Source of the DNA: Syntrophobacterales bacterium
GTDB lineage: Bacteria > Desulfobacterota > Desulfobaccia > Desulfobaccales > 0-14-0-80-60-11
Direction: 5' to 3'
Length of the DNA: 64,000 nucleotides
Assembly (NCBI GenBank): GCA_023512475.1
Contig: JAILZL010000005.1
Coordinates: 9,433 to 73,432 of the forward strand
The position numbers and the translations under genes were made by a program. Below the pieces are notes generated by a model. That model made no database searches and was not told the DNA's origin. It saw nothing but the letters and a program-made list of their open reading frames with translations. The first letter of the stretch is position 1, and every line of letters starts with the position of its first letter. This document shows positions 29,435 through 39,066 of this stretch, piece after piece.

Positions 29435-30748
29435 ATGAACGCTCGCGCCACTCTTCTGGATCTGCGCCGGGTGAGTCAGGTGTACTGGAGCGGCGGCCGC
29501 AGCTTTACCGCCATCCAGAACATCGACCTGCACCTGGAGGAAGGGGAGTTCCTCGCCCTGCTGGGGCCCTCCGGCTGCGGCAAGAGCACGCTCCTGCGCA
29601 TCATCACCGGCCTGCAGGCCCCCACCTCGGGCCGGGTCCTCTACCGGGGCGAACCTCTCACCGGGGTCAATCCCCACGCCACCATCGTCTTTCAGACCTT
29701 TGCCCTGTTTCCCTGGCTGACGGTGCTGGAAAATGTGGAGGTGGCCCTGAAGGCCCGGGGGGTGCCCGCCAAGCTCCGGGCCAGCCGGGCCCTGGATCTC
29801 CTGGACCGGGTGGGTCTGGACGGCTTTGAGACCGCTTATCCCCGGGAGCTCTCCGGGGGCATGCGCCAGAAAGTGGGTTTTGCCCGGGCCATGGCGGTGG
29901 AGCCGGAGCTCCTCTGTCTGGATGAGCCCTTCTCCGCCCTGGACGTGCTGAGCGCCGAGTCCCTCAGGGGCGAGCTCCTGGAATTGTGGACCGGGGGCAA
30001 CATCCCCACCCGGGCCATCCTCCTGGTGACCCACAACATCGAGGAAGCGGTGCTGCTGGCCGACCGCATTGTGGTTATGGATAAGGATCCCGGCCGGGTG
30101 ATCACCGATTTCCGGGTGGATTACCCCCAGCCCCGGCAGCGCAAGGATCCCCGGTTTCTGGACCTGGTGGACCGGGTGTACATGATCCTGGCGGGTCACA
30201 CCCAGCCCGAGCACCTGGAGTTGGGCACCGCGCCCGGCGAACCGGGCCGCACCCGGGCCCTGCCCCACATCAACATCGATGATCTGGCCGGCCTGATGGA
30301 GCATCTGGACGCCATGCCCGGGAACCGGGCGGATATCTACGCCCTGGCCCGGGAACTGACCATGAGCTCCGATCACCTGCTGCAGCTCATCGAAGCCGCG
30401 GAGATCCTGGGTTTCGCCACTGTGGCCCAGGGCGACATCACCCTCACCGGCCTGGGGGAGACCTTTGCCGAGGCCAGCATTCCCGCCCGCAAGGAGATCT
30501 TTGCCACCCGGCTGCGCCGCGTGCCCATCGTCCGCTGGCTTCTCTCCCTGCTCCAAGCCGCGGACCGCCGCCAACTGGAGTGGGACGTGGTGCAGAAGGC
30601 CCTGGAGCTGGAATTCCACGAGGAGGAGGCGGAGCGCCAGCTGGAGACGGTCATCTCCTGGGGCCGCTACGCGGAGATGCTGACCTACGACGACTCCCGG
30701 GAAATCATTTACCTGGAGCCCGGGGCGGCCGTGTCCGCGCCCCGTTAA
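29435..30748 (+). CDS. ABC transporter ATP-binding protein (NitT/TauT-like) with a C-terminal AAA-associated domain
   Basis: 437 aa. Walker A GPSGCGKSTLL, signature LSGGMRQKV, Walker B LLCLDEPFSALD and H-loop VTHNIEEA. A ~170-aa extra C-terminal domain follows (ADIYALARELTMSSDHLLQLIEAAEILGF...). Confidence 0.9.
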   Translation: MNARATLLDLRRVSQVYWSGGRSFTAIQNIDLHLEEGEFLALLGPSGCGKSTLLRIITGLQAPTSGRVLYRGEPLTGVNPHATIVFQTFALFPWLTVLENVEVALKARGVPAKLRASRALDLLDRVGLDGFETAYPRELSGGMRQKVGFARAMAVEPELLCLDEPFSALDVLSAESLRGELLELWTGGNIPTRAILLVTHNIEEAVLLADRIVVMDKDPGRVITDFRVDYPQPRQRKDPRFLDLVDRVYMILAGHTQPEHLELGTAPGEPGRTRALPHINIDDLAGLMEHLDAMPGNRADIYALARELTMSSDHLLQLIEAAEILGFATVAQGDITLTGLGETFAEASIPARKEIFATRLRRVPIVRWLLSLLQAADRRQLEWDVVQKALELEFHEEEAERQLETVISWGRYAEMLTYDDSREIIYLEPGAAVSAPR

Positions 30749-30757
30749 GGGAGATCG

Positions 30758-32104
30758 GTGGAAGACACTCTCCGCACCATCCGGGCCGAACTCACCGCCC
30801 AGCACTGGGACCGGGTCAAGGCGCTGGTCAGGCCCATGAACCCGGTGGATGTGGCCGGGATCATCAGCGACTTCCCGGCCCCGGAGCGGGCCCTGCTGTT
30901 CCGCCTCCTGGACAAGGACCAGGCGGTGGCGGTGTTTGAATACCTGCCGGTGGAGGACCAGCAGGCCCTGCTGGAGAGCTTCAAGACCGAGCAGGTGCGC
31001 CACCTGGTGGAAAACATGTCCCCGGACGACCGGGCCGACCTTCTGGATGAGCTGCCCGCCAAGGTGGCCAAGCGCCTCCTGGCCCTCCTCACCCCGGAGG
31101 AACGCCACGCCACCCTGCTCCTCCTCGGCTACCGGGAGGACACCGCCGGGGGCATCATGACCCCGGAATACATCGATCTCAAGAGCTCCTACACCGTGGC
31201 GGAGGCCCTCAATCGCATCCGGCGGGTGGGCCTGGACAAGGAGACCATCTATTACTGCTACGTCACCGATGAGCAGCGCCGCCTCCAGGGCATCGTCTCC
31301 CTGAGGCAGCTCGTCCTGGCCGCCCCCGACGTGCGGGTGGCCGATCTCATGGAACGGGAGGTCATTTATGCGGTGACCGATGAGGACCAGGAGGAGGTGG
31401 CCCGCAAGATCCAGAAATACGACCTTCTGGCCCTGCCGGTGGTGGACCGGGAACTGCGCCTGGTGGGCATCGTCACCCACGACGACGTCCTGGACATCCT
31501 GCAGGAGGAGGCCACCGAGGACATCTACCGCCTGGGCGCGGTGCAGGTGCCGGAGCAGAATTACTTCCGGACCGGCATCGTCACCCTGGCCCGCAACCGG
31601 GTGGGCTGGCTGATGCTCCTCCTGGTCGCCAATACCGTCACCGGCAGCCTGATCCTGCGTCAATCCCAGCTGTTGGAGTCGGTCATCGCCCTGACGGCCT
31701 TCATCCCCCTCCTCATCGGCAGCGGCGGCAACATCGGCTCCCAAACCTCCACGGTGTTTGTCCGGGGTCTGGCCCTGCAGGAGGTCACCCGCAAGAATGC
31801 CCTGCTCCTCATCCTCCGGGAGGTGGGCACCGGCCTGCTTTTGGGCTGCCTCCTGGCCACCCTGGTGACCGCCTGGGCCTACTGGCTCCAGGGCAACGCC
31901 TGGGTGGCCCTGACCGTGGGGGTGAGTCTCGTGGCCATCTCCACCTTCGCCACCCTGGCCGGCAGCGTCTGGCCCCTGGTGTTTCACAAATTCGGCCTGG
32001 ATCCGGCCTTGATCTCCGCCCCCCTGATCACTACCTTGGTGGATATTTTGGGGGTCTTCATCTATCTGCAGGTGGCCCGCCTGATCCTGAGCTGGGTGTG
32101 GTAA
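30758..32104 (+). CDS. mgtE: magnesium transporter MgtE
   Basis: 448 aa. N-domain with DRADLLDELP, tandem CBS domains, and a TM domain with IPLLIGSGGNIGSQTS and PLITTLVDILGV. Confidence 0.93.
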   Translation: MEDTLRTIRAELTAQHWDRVKALVRPMNPVDVAGIISDFPAPERALLFRLLDKDQAVAVFEYLPVEDQQALLESFKTEQVRHLVENMSPDDRADLLDELPAKVAKRLLALLTPEERHATLLLLGYREDTAGGIMTPEYIDLKSSYTVAEALNRIRRVGLDKETIYYCYVTDEQRRLQGIVSLRQLVLAAPDVRVADLMEREVIYAVTDEDQEEVARKIQKYDLLALPVVDRELRLVGIVTHDDVLDILQEEATEDIYRLGAVQVPEQNYFRTGIVTLARNRVGWLMLLLVANTVTGSLILRQSQLLESVIALTAFIPLLIGSGGNIGSQTSTVFVRGLALQEVTRKNALLLILREVGTGLLLGCLLATLVTAWAYWLQGNAWVALTVGVSLVAISTFATLAGSVWPLVFHKFGLDPALISAPLITTLVDILGVFIYLQVARLILSWVW

Positions 32105-32186
32105 TCTTTCCGGGCAGGGTGGGGGAGCCCGCCTCCGGGCCCTGCCCCCGGGAACTTGGCCAGAAACTTCGGGGAAGGAGAAGGAT

Positions 32187-33086
32187 ATGAAGGTCTTTGT
32201 CACCGGCGGCACCGGCTTTGTGGGCGGTTTTCTCTGTCAGGCCCTGGCCCAGGCGGGGTATGAGGTGACCATCCTCACCCGGCGCCCCGCCCCGATGGAG
32301 GGCTTTGCCTATCTCACCGGCGATCCCACCCGGGAGGGGCCCTGGATGGAAGAGGTGACCCGCCACGACTGGGTCATCAATCTGGCGGGGGCCTCCATCT
32401 TCGCCCACTGGACCGAGGAGAAAAAGAAGGTCATCCGGGAGAGCCGCATCCTCACCACCCGGAACCTGGTGAAGGCCATGGCCGCGGGCGACCGCCTGCC
32501 ACTGTTCTGCAGCACCTCGGCGCCGGGCTACTTCGGCGACCGGGGGGAGGAGATCCTCACCGAGGAGTCCCCCCCGGCGGACGGGTTCCTGGCGGAGGTG
32601 GCCCAGGAGTGGGAATGGGAGGCCTTAAAGGCCCGGGAGCTGGGGGCCCGGGTGGTCATCACCCGCTTCGGGCTGGTGCTGGGGCGGGGCGGCGGCCTTC
32701 TGGGCACCCTGGAGCCCGCCTTCAAGGCCTTTGTCGGAGGGCCGGCGGGGGACGGGCGCCAGTGGATGCCCTGGATCCACCACGAGGACCTGTGCCGGGC
32801 CTTCCTCTTCCTGCCGGCACACCCGGAGCTCAGCGGCCCGGTGCACTTCTGCGCCCCCAACCCGGTGCGCAACTGGGACTTCGCCAAGGCCCTGGGCCGG
32901 GCGCTGGGCCGCCCCAGCTTTCTCACCGCGCCGGCCTTCATGCTCCGGCTGGTGCTGGGGGAGCTCTCCCAGGCGGTGCTCTCCAGCCAGCGGATGGTGC
33001 CGGACAAGCTCCTCCAGGCGGGCTTTGAGTTCCGCTACCCCACCCTGGAGCAGGCCCTGGCGGCCATCTACGGCCCCCGGGACTGA
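32187..33086 (+). CDS. YfcH-type NAD-dependent epimerase/dehydratase family protein (SDR with DUF1731-like C-terminus)
   Basis: 299 aa. Rossmann motif MKVFVTGGTGFVGGFL. The C-terminal block SQRMVPDKLLQAGFEFRYPTLEQAL is typical of the YfcH family. Confidence 0.85.
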   Translation: MKVFVTGGTGFVGGFLCQALAQAGYEVTILTRRPAPMEGFAYLTGDPTREGPWMEEVTRHDWVINLAGASIFAHWTEEKKKVIRESRILTTRNLVKAMAAGDRLPLFCSTSAPGYFGDRGEEILTEESPPADGFLAEVAQEWEWEALKARELGARVVITRFGLVLGRGGGLLGTLEPAFKAFVGGPAGDGRQWMPWIHHEDLCRAFLFLPAHPELSGPVHFCAPNPVRNWDFAKALGRALGRPSFLTAPAFMLRLVLGELSQAVLSSQRMVPDKLLQAGFEFRYPTLEQALAAIYGPRD

Positions 33087-33219
33087 GTCGGGCCGGCCAA
33101 GCCTCCCGCCGGGGGGCCGGGCGGGCTCTGCCGGCCCTCCCCCAGGAACAGGGACAGCCCCGGGCCCAGGCCCCGTGCCGGTGGGCCCGGGGGCACCCCC
33201 CTGCCTCGCCGGCTGCAGC

Positions 33220-33666
33220 TTAAGGCTTGAACTGAAAGCCCACGGGGAGCTCTTCCGCCCGCCTTTTCAACTCCTTCAGGAGCTCCTCCAGCTCTCCCTG
33301 CACCTTCTTGTAGGTCTCGGCGCCGGCGAACTTCAGCTCCTGGAGCTTGCGCCGGGCGGTCCGCAGTTTGGGCTCCAGGGCCTGGAGCTGCTCCGTCACC
33401 CGGGCCCGGAGCTCCGGGGAGAGCTTCTCCAGCCGCTCCTGCATCTCGGCCACCAGGCGCTGCACCTCCTGCAGTTGGGCCTCCGCCTGCCGCAGATACT
33501 CCTCCCGCCCCGGAGGCTGGGCCTTCAACTCCGGGGTGGCGGGTGTGGCGGCCCGGAGTTCCGGTTCCCGGGCGCTGGGTTTGGGGGGGGCGGGCTCCTC
33601 CCCGGCGCCGCAGCTCCCGAGCAGCCCCAGCAGGAGCACCGGTATCAGCAGTCTCCACCTGTTCAT
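33220..33666 (-). CDS. coiled-coil lipoprotein, function unknown
   Basis: 148 aa. Signal peptide plus lipobox (LLLGLLGSC), then a Pro-rich linker and heptad-like Glu/Leu/Arg/Lys helices. Confidence 0.6.
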   Translation of the reverse strand: MNRWRLLIPVLLLGLLGSCGAGEEPAPPKPSAREPELRAATPATPELKAQPPGREEYLRQAEAQLQEVQRLVAEMQERLEKLSPELRARVTEQLQALEPKLRTARRKLQELKFAGAETYKKVQGELEELLKELKRRAEELPVGFQFKP

Positions 33667-33768
33667 GTCTTCAGACTCCCTGGGTGATTGTGAAAAAGGG
33701 CACAGGGGCCAGCCTAATCCATCCCGCCGGATTTGGCAAGAGGGGGAAGAGCTTTTGAGGAACGGGCT

Positions 33769-34935
33769 TCAGGAAGGGGCGGGAGGGGTCGGCGGGGCGG
33801 GGGCGGGGCCTGCCGGGGCCGCCGCCGCGGAGGTGTCCTCGGAGACCCCCGGCGCCTCGCCGAAAAGCAGGGCCAGGCGGATGGTCACCGTGGTGCCCAC
33901 CCCCACCTGGCTGTCCAGGGTGATGACCCCCCGGTGTTCGTCCACGATCTGGCGCACAAAGACCATGCCCAAGCCGGTGCCGCCGATCTTGGTGGTGTAG
34001 AAGGGCACGAAGACCTTGTCCACCACATCCGGCGGCATGCCCCGGCCGGTGTCCTTGATGACGATGACGGCGAAGTGCTTCTCCAGGAAGGTCTTGACGG
34101 TGATGGTGCCGTGCGGGCCGGTGGCCTCAATGGCGTTCCGGAGCAGGTGGGCCAGGGCCACCTTGAGGAGGTGGGCGTTTAAGCGCCCCACGATGGGCTC
34201 CGGGTGGAGTTCGGTGACCAGCTTCAGCCGCTTGGCCCGGATTTCCGGCATGATGAGTTCCAGGGTGGTGCGCACGATGTCATTGAGATCCACCTGGGTG
34301 AAGAAGGAGGACTTGCGCCGGGCCAGGTTCTCAAAGCGCTCCACCATCTGCTCGATGCGCTTGGCCTCCTCGGCGATGGCCTGCAGCCAGGCCCGGGTGG
34401 GATCGGCCTCGTCCGTCTTTTTCAGGAGGCGGTGGCTGAAGCCGCCGATGACATGCAGGGGGTTGCGGATGCCGTGGGCCATGCCCAGGGCCATCTCGCT
34501 CATGGTCCGCTCCATCACCAGGGCCTCCATCTCCCGGTTCAGGGCCAGAATCTCATGGCTGGTGGCCTCCAGCTGGTGGTGGTCCTCCTGCATGCGCCGG
34601 TAGACCCGCTGCAGATGATGGAAGAAAAGGGTGATGGTGGCGATGACCACGTAGATGATGCTGTCAAAGCCCCCGAAGATGCGCCGCAACTGCCCCAGCA
34701 AGGTGGTGGCGCCGTGAAAGGTGATGAATTCTTGGATGAGGTGGGAGATGGCGTGGGAGATGGCAAAGAGGAAAAAGGCCAGGGTCAGCCAGCTGAGAAA
34801 CAGGCCCAGGGGATTGTCCGGATCCCGGGCCATCAGCCGCCGGCTGTGGCGCAGGGCCAGGCCGGTGAACAACAGGGTCATCAGGGCGCTGGCCACCTCC
34901 ACCAGCCAGATGGGCCACAGCGGGAGGCTGATCAT
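33769..34935 (-). CDS. membrane-bound sensor histidine kinase
   Basis: Real part of ORF 33769..35340, starting at ATG 34935 (MISLPLWPIW). About 4 TM helices, H-box MAHGIRNPLHVIGGF, N-box LLRNAIEAT, G1 IKDTGRGMP and G2 GGTGLGM. Confidence 0.85.
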   Translation of the reverse strand: MISLPLWPIWLVEVASALMTLLFTGLALRHSRRLMARDPDNPLGLFLSWLTLAFFLFAISHAISHLIQEFITFHGATTLLGQLRRIFGGFDSIIYVVIATITLFFHHLQRVYRRMQEDHHQLEATSHEILALNREMEALVMERTMSEMALGMAHGIRNPLHVIGGFSHRLLKKTDEADPTRAWLQAIAEEAKRIEQMVERFENLARRKSSFFTQVDLNDIVRTTLELIMPEIRAKRLKLVTELHPEPIVGRLNAHLLKVALAHLLRNAIEATGPHGTITVKTFLEKHFAVIVIKDTGRGMPPDVVDKVFVPFYTTKIGGTGLGMVFVRQIVDEHRGVITLDSQVGVGTTVTIRLALLFGEAPGVSEDTSAAAAPAGPAPAPPTPPAPS

Positions 34936-35408
34936 GACTCCCTCTCCGCCTCCCCCGCCTTGAGGGCGAAGGTCTTCATGCCGCGATAGACCAGGTAAAA
35001 GGCCGGGATGAGCCAGAGGAAATGATTGATCTTGAAAAAATAGAACATCCAGGTGTGGAGGTCTTCCATGAGCAGGCGCCGGGAGAGGCCCTCCCCCAGG
35101 ATCACCGGATTGTGCAAGGACCATTCCACCGCGTGCCCGATGATGGCATCCACATTCCAGAACACCAGAATCCAGCAGGCCCACCACAGATAGTTGAACC
35201 CGGGCTGGACCCGGTACTCCCCCCAATAGATCTCCCGGAGAAAGAAGAGCATGGCCAGGGTGAAGAGGAGGTGGGAGAACTGATGGACGTAGGAGCCCTG
35301 GGTGCCCCACTGGAACCAGCCCACCCAGGCCTCGGCCCAAGCCGGGGTGGGGAGGAGCGCCGCAGCCATCACCAGGCTCAGGCGGCCAAGGAGAGGGACC
35401 ATCCGCAT
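34932..35408 (-). CDS. small Trp/His-rich integral membrane protein, translationally coupled to the histidine kinase
   Basis: Starts at ATG 35408 (MRMVPLLGRLSLVMAAALLPTPAWA, a signal-like sequence). It has 3-4 hydrophobic helices. Its stop overlaps the kinase ATG (ATGA at 34932-34935). Confidence 0.55.
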   Translation of the reverse strand: MRMVPLLGRLSLVMAAALLPTPAWAEAWVGWFQWGTQGSYVHQFSHLLFTLAMLFFLREIYWGEYRVQPGFNYLWWACWILVFWNVDAIIGHAVEWSLHNPVILGEGLSRRLLMEDLHTWMFYFFKINHFLWLIPAFYLVYRGMKTFALKAGEAERES

Positions 35409-35463
35409 CGTAGCCTCGATAATCTGATTATGGCAGAGGTTTTGCGAGGTTGTCAATCAGGGC

Positions 35464-36375
35464 TCAATAGCCCAGGCGGCGCACCGCCTTGGGGTCCCGG
35501 CGCCAGTTTTTCCACACCTTGACCCAAAGCTCCAGATACACCTTGCTCTGAAGGAGCCGCTCGATGTCCTCCCGGGCCTCCTGGCCGATGATCTTGAGGA
35601 GTTTGCCGCCCTTGCCGATGACGATGCCCTTTTGGGACTCCTTCTCCACGTAGATCACCGCCCGGATGCGCACCAGCTCCGGGCGCCGGCTCTCATCAAA
35701 CTCCTCGATGGCCACTGCCACGGCATAGGGGATCTCCTCCCCGGTGTGATGGAAGAGGCGTTCCCGGATGAGCTCCGCCACCAGGAAGCGCTCCGACTGA
35801 TCGGTGAGCTGATCCTCGGGGTAGAGGGGCGGGGCCGCCGGCAGCCGGGAGATGATCTCCGCCACCAGGTCTTCCACCCCGTCGCCGGTGAGGGCGCAGA
35901 GGGGCACGATGGCCGCCTGGGGAAAGCTTTCGTGCAGGGCCGCCATCAGGGGCAGCAGCTCCGGTTTCCGGACGAGATCAATCTTGTTCACCGCCACCAC
36001 CAGGGGCTGCGGCAGGGCCTTCAGGCGGGGCATGAGGAGGCGGTCCTGGGGGTCCGGGGGCCGGGGTTCGGTGAGCCACACTACCACGTCGGCGTCCGCC
36101 AGGGCTCCCAGGGCCGCCTCCAGCAGCGCCGCATTGAGGGGGCCTTTGGGCTCCAGGATGCCGGGGGTGTCCAGAAGCAGGAGCTGGGCCCCGGGCCGGT
36201 GGACGATGCCCAGCAGCCGGTGGCGGGTAGTCTGGGGTTTGGGCGAGGTGATGGCCAGCTTCTCCCCCACCAGGCGGTTGAGGAGGGTGGATTTGCCCAC
36301 ATTGGGAAATCCGATGAGGGCCACATAGCCGCAGCGGAAGGGGGCTTCCATCTTTGGAGCAGGGGTAGTTCTCAT
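35464..36375 (-). CDS. era: GTPase Era
   Basis: G1 GFPNVGKSTLLN, G3 LLLDTPG, G4 AVNKIDL, and a C-terminal KH domain (VIYVEKESQKGIVIGKGG). Start is ATG 36375 or ATG 36351 (MEAPFRCGYVALIG). The listed 347-aa ORF is over-extended. Confidence 0.9.
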   Translation of the reverse strand: MRTTPAPKMEAPFRCGYVALIGFPNVGKSTLLNRLVGEKLAITSPKPQTTRHRLLGIVHRPGAQLLLLDTPGILEPKGPLNAALLEAALGALADADVVVWLTEPRPPDPQDRLLMPRLKALPQPLVVAVNKIDLVRKPELLPLMAALHESFPQAAIVPLCALTGDGVEDLVAEIISRLPAAPPLYPEDQLTDQSERFLVAELIRERLFHHTGEEIPYAVAVAIEEFDESRRPELVRIRAVIYVEKESQKGIVIGKGGKLLKIIGQEAREDIERLLQSKVYLELWVKVWKNWRRDPKAVRRLGY

Positions 36376-36608
36376 GGTCTTTGGTACAGGGCGGAGAGGG
36401 CCGGGGCTGCGCTGGCTCCCCGCCTCCCCTGACTCTCCCCTCCCACCGCTTGGATGAGGTGGGGGGAAAGGATCCGGGACAGGGGGGTCCAGGACTCCCG
36501 CCCGCACCTGCCCTCATTATACGTGACCGGGGCCTTTCCCGCCAGGCCGGGGGCGGGGAGGATGAGGGCGTGGCTTCGGGGAGGGAGGGCGGCGGGGCCG
36601 GTGACCTC

Positions 36609-38156
36609 TCAGCGCCGCCGACGGCCCAGGAGGGGCGCCACACAGACGCCGGCCAGGCAGAGCCAGGCAAAGACATCGCCCACCCGGCTGTAGAGACTGC
36701 CTCCGGGCATCAGGGGCAGCTCCAGGGTGTGGGCCGCGGTGGTGTTGAGGGGGGAGGTCCAGAGGATCCGGCCCTCCGGGCCGATGAAGGCGGAAATGCC
36801 GGTGTTGGCGGCCCGGGCCATGGCCACCCGGCCTTCCACGCAGCGGAAGACCCCCCAGGCCAGGTGCTGGTAGGGGGCGCTGGTCTCCCCGAACCAGGCG
36901 TCGTTGGTGATGGTGACCAGCAGGCGGGCGCCATTGCGGACCTGGGCCCGGGAGAGATAGGCGAAGATGGACTCAAAGCAGATGAGGGGGCCCACCGGCG
37001 CCTCGGGGAGATGCACCACCGCGCCCACCGGGCCTTCGGCGAAATCCCCCACCATGGGCACCATCTTGGGGACGAAAAACAGAATCCGCTGCAGCGGCAC
37101 ATACTCCCCGAAGGGCACCAGGTGGGCCTTGTCATAGTAGCCCGCCACCTGGCCCTCGGGGTCCAGGAGATAGGCCCGGTTGAAGAAGCGGTCCCCCGCC
37201 GGGGTGAGCTCATAAGCCGGGGCCCCGAAGAAGAGGTGGGCGCCGCTGGCGCGGCCGATCTCCTGCACCCGGGGGGTGAACTCCGGGTTGCGGAGGAAGA
37301 GGAAGGGCGCGGCGGTCTCCGGCCAGATGATGAGGCGGGCGCCCTGGCAGCGCCGGGTGAGCTCCGCATAGCGGTCCAGGGTGGCCGCCACCATCTTGGG
37401 GTTCCATTTCTCCCCCTGCTGGATGTTCCCCTGGGTGAGGCCCACCGGGATTTTAGGAGCGGCGGCCGCCACCTTGCCGATGGCGTCCAGGCGATAAGCG
37501 CCGTAACCCACCCACAGCATCAGCAGGATCAGGGCCAGGGCTTCCCGGCGCCGCTCGTGGCGCACCGCCTGGAAACGGGGACAGGCGGTGAGGAAGAGCC
37601 AGGTGCCGGCCAGGGCCAGCAGAAAGGAGACCCCATACACCCCCGCCAGGTCCGCCACCTGGATGAACAGGGGGAAGCGGTAGAGGCCGGCGCCGAGGAG
37701 CCCCCAGGGAAAGCCGCTGAAGAGATAGGTCTGGACGTACTCCAGGGCCACCCACAGAGCCGGCCCGAACCACAGGGGGTTGAGGCCCGCGGCGCCGGCC
37801 CGGGCCACCCCCCAGGCCCACACGGCCCGATACAGGGCCAGATACCCGGCCAGAAGCAGCATCACCCCCACGGCCAGCGGCACCGGCAGGCGGCCAAAGA
37901 CATGGGTGACGTAGACAATCCAGTAGAGCAGACCGGCATTGGCCACCAGGCCGGCCAAGAACCCCAGTCGGAAGGCCCGGCCGGGAGAGACGTCTTTGAG
38001 GGCCCAGTACAGGAAGGGCAGGGCCAGAGGCAAAAGAAAGGTCAGGTCCCACTTGGGGAAGGCCGCGGCGTAACAGACCCCGAAGACCCCGGCTGCCAGC
38101 ACCGGCCCCCAGCCGCTCCGGGAGTGGGGGGCAGCAAAAGACACAGGAAGGGTCAT
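36609..38156 (-). CDS. lnt: apolipoprotein N-acyltransferase
   Basis: 515 aa. The N-terminal part is polytopic. The C-terminal part is a CN-hydrolase domain with LIIWPETA, YDKAHLVPFGEYVP and catalytic Cys in LICFESIF. Confidence 0.9.
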   Translation of the reverse strand: MTLPVSFAAPHSRSGWGPVLAAGVFGVCYAAAFPKWDLTFLLPLALPFLYWALKDVSPGRAFRLGFLAGLVANAGLLYWIVYVTHVFGRLPVPLAVGVMLLLAGYLALYRAVWAWGVARAGAAGLNPLWFGPALWVALEYVQTYLFSGFPWGLLGAGLYRFPLFIQVADLAGVYGVSFLLALAGTWLFLTACPRFQAVRHERRREALALILLMLWVGYGAYRLDAIGKVAAAAPKIPVGLTQGNIQQGEKWNPKMVAATLDRYAELTRRCQGARLIIWPETAAPFLFLRNPEFTPRVQEIGRASGAHLFFGAPAYELTPAGDRFFNRAYLLDPEGQVAGYYDKAHLVPFGEYVPLQRILFFVPKMVPMVGDFAEGPVGAVVHLPEAPVGPLICFESIFAYLSRAQVRNGARLLVTITNDAWFGETSAPYQHLAWGVFRCVEGRVAMARAANTGISAFIGPEGRILWTSPLNTTAAHTLELPLMPGGSLYSRVGDVFAWLCLAGVCVAPLLGRRRR

Positions 38157-38205
38157 GGCCGGCCTCCCCGGGCCTCAGGCCGCCCCCCCTGGCCTGGGGC
38201 GGGCC

Positions 38206-39063
38206 TCACGATACCGGCTCCCGGGCCGCCAACGGCCGGATGCGCACCTGCTTGGCCCGGCGCTCGTCCGCGGCCACCACCAGGAATTCGTAGCCCCCCA
38301 GGATCACCCGGTCATTGACCTGGGGCACCCGCCCGAGGAGATGGATGAGGAGGCCGCCCACCGATTCAAACTTGCCCTCCGGCCGGCTGAGGGGGAGATG
38401 CTCCAGGAGGTCCTCCACGTTGAGGCGGGCATCCACCAGGAGCGAACCGTTCTCCTGGGGCAGGATGCGGGCCTCCTGGCGGTCATACTCATCGTAGATC
38501 TCGCCCACGATCTCCTCGATGATGTCCTCCAGGGTGACGAGGCCGGCGGTGCCGCCGTATTCGTCGATGACGATGGCGATCTGGATCTTGCGCTCCACGA
38601 AATCCCGCAACAGATCGCTGATCTTTTTGCTTTCGGGGATGAAGTAGGGGGGGCGCAGGACCTTGACGAGGTCGAAAGCCTCCGGCGGGGTCTGCCAGAA
38701 CACCAGGAGGTCCTTGGCCAGGAGGATGCCGATGACGTGATCGATGCTGCCCTCAAAGACCGGCAGGCGGGAGTGGCCTTTCTCCAGGACCAGGGCGATG
38801 ATGCGGTCCAGGGGGGTGGCGCGCTCCACCCCCACAATCTCCAGGCGGGGCACCATGATCTCCCGCACCAGGGTGTCCCGGAACTCGAAGATGGACTCAA
38901 TCAGCTCGCCTTCCTCGCGGCTGAGTAAGCCCCGCTCCTCGCCCACGGTGATGATGTTTTGGATCTCCCGCTCGAGGTCTTCCGGTTGGGACAGGGTGCG
39001 GCGGACCAACCGCTGCCAGAGACGTTGGAGCAGGCCTGGCCGGGGACTGTCGCCCTCGCCCAT
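38206..39063 (-). CDS. corC: CBS-pair / CorC_HlyC domain protein (CorC/YbeX-like)
   Basis: 285 aa. Contains EEGELIESIFEFRDTLVREIMVPR, a CBS pair, IAIVIDEYGGTAGLVTLEDIIEEIVGEI and a C-terminal transporter-associated domain. Confidence 0.88.
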   Translation of the reverse strand: MGEGDSPRPGLLQRLWQRLVRRTLSQPEDLEREIQNIITVGEERGLLSREEGELIESIFEFRDTLVREIMVPRLEIVGVERATPLDRIIALVLEKGHSRLPVFEGSIDHVIGILLAKDLLVFWQTPPEAFDLVKVLRPPYFIPESKKISDLLRDFVERKIQIAIVIDEYGGTAGLVTLEDIIEEIVGEIYDEYDRQEARILPQENGSLLVDARLNVEDLLEHLPLSRPEGKFESVGGLLIHLLGRVPQVNDRVILGGYEFLVVAADERRAKQVRIRPLAAREPVS

Positions 39064-39066
39064 GCA

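Noticed and set aside
27460-29451. N-terminal two thirds of the 1535-aa minus-strand ORF 24844..29451.
   Set aside because: Only the part downstream of ATG 27459 looks like a protein (signal peptide, coiled coil, MscS core). The upstream part is Gly/Pro/His/Gln-rich and lies antisense to a well-formed ABC permease gene.
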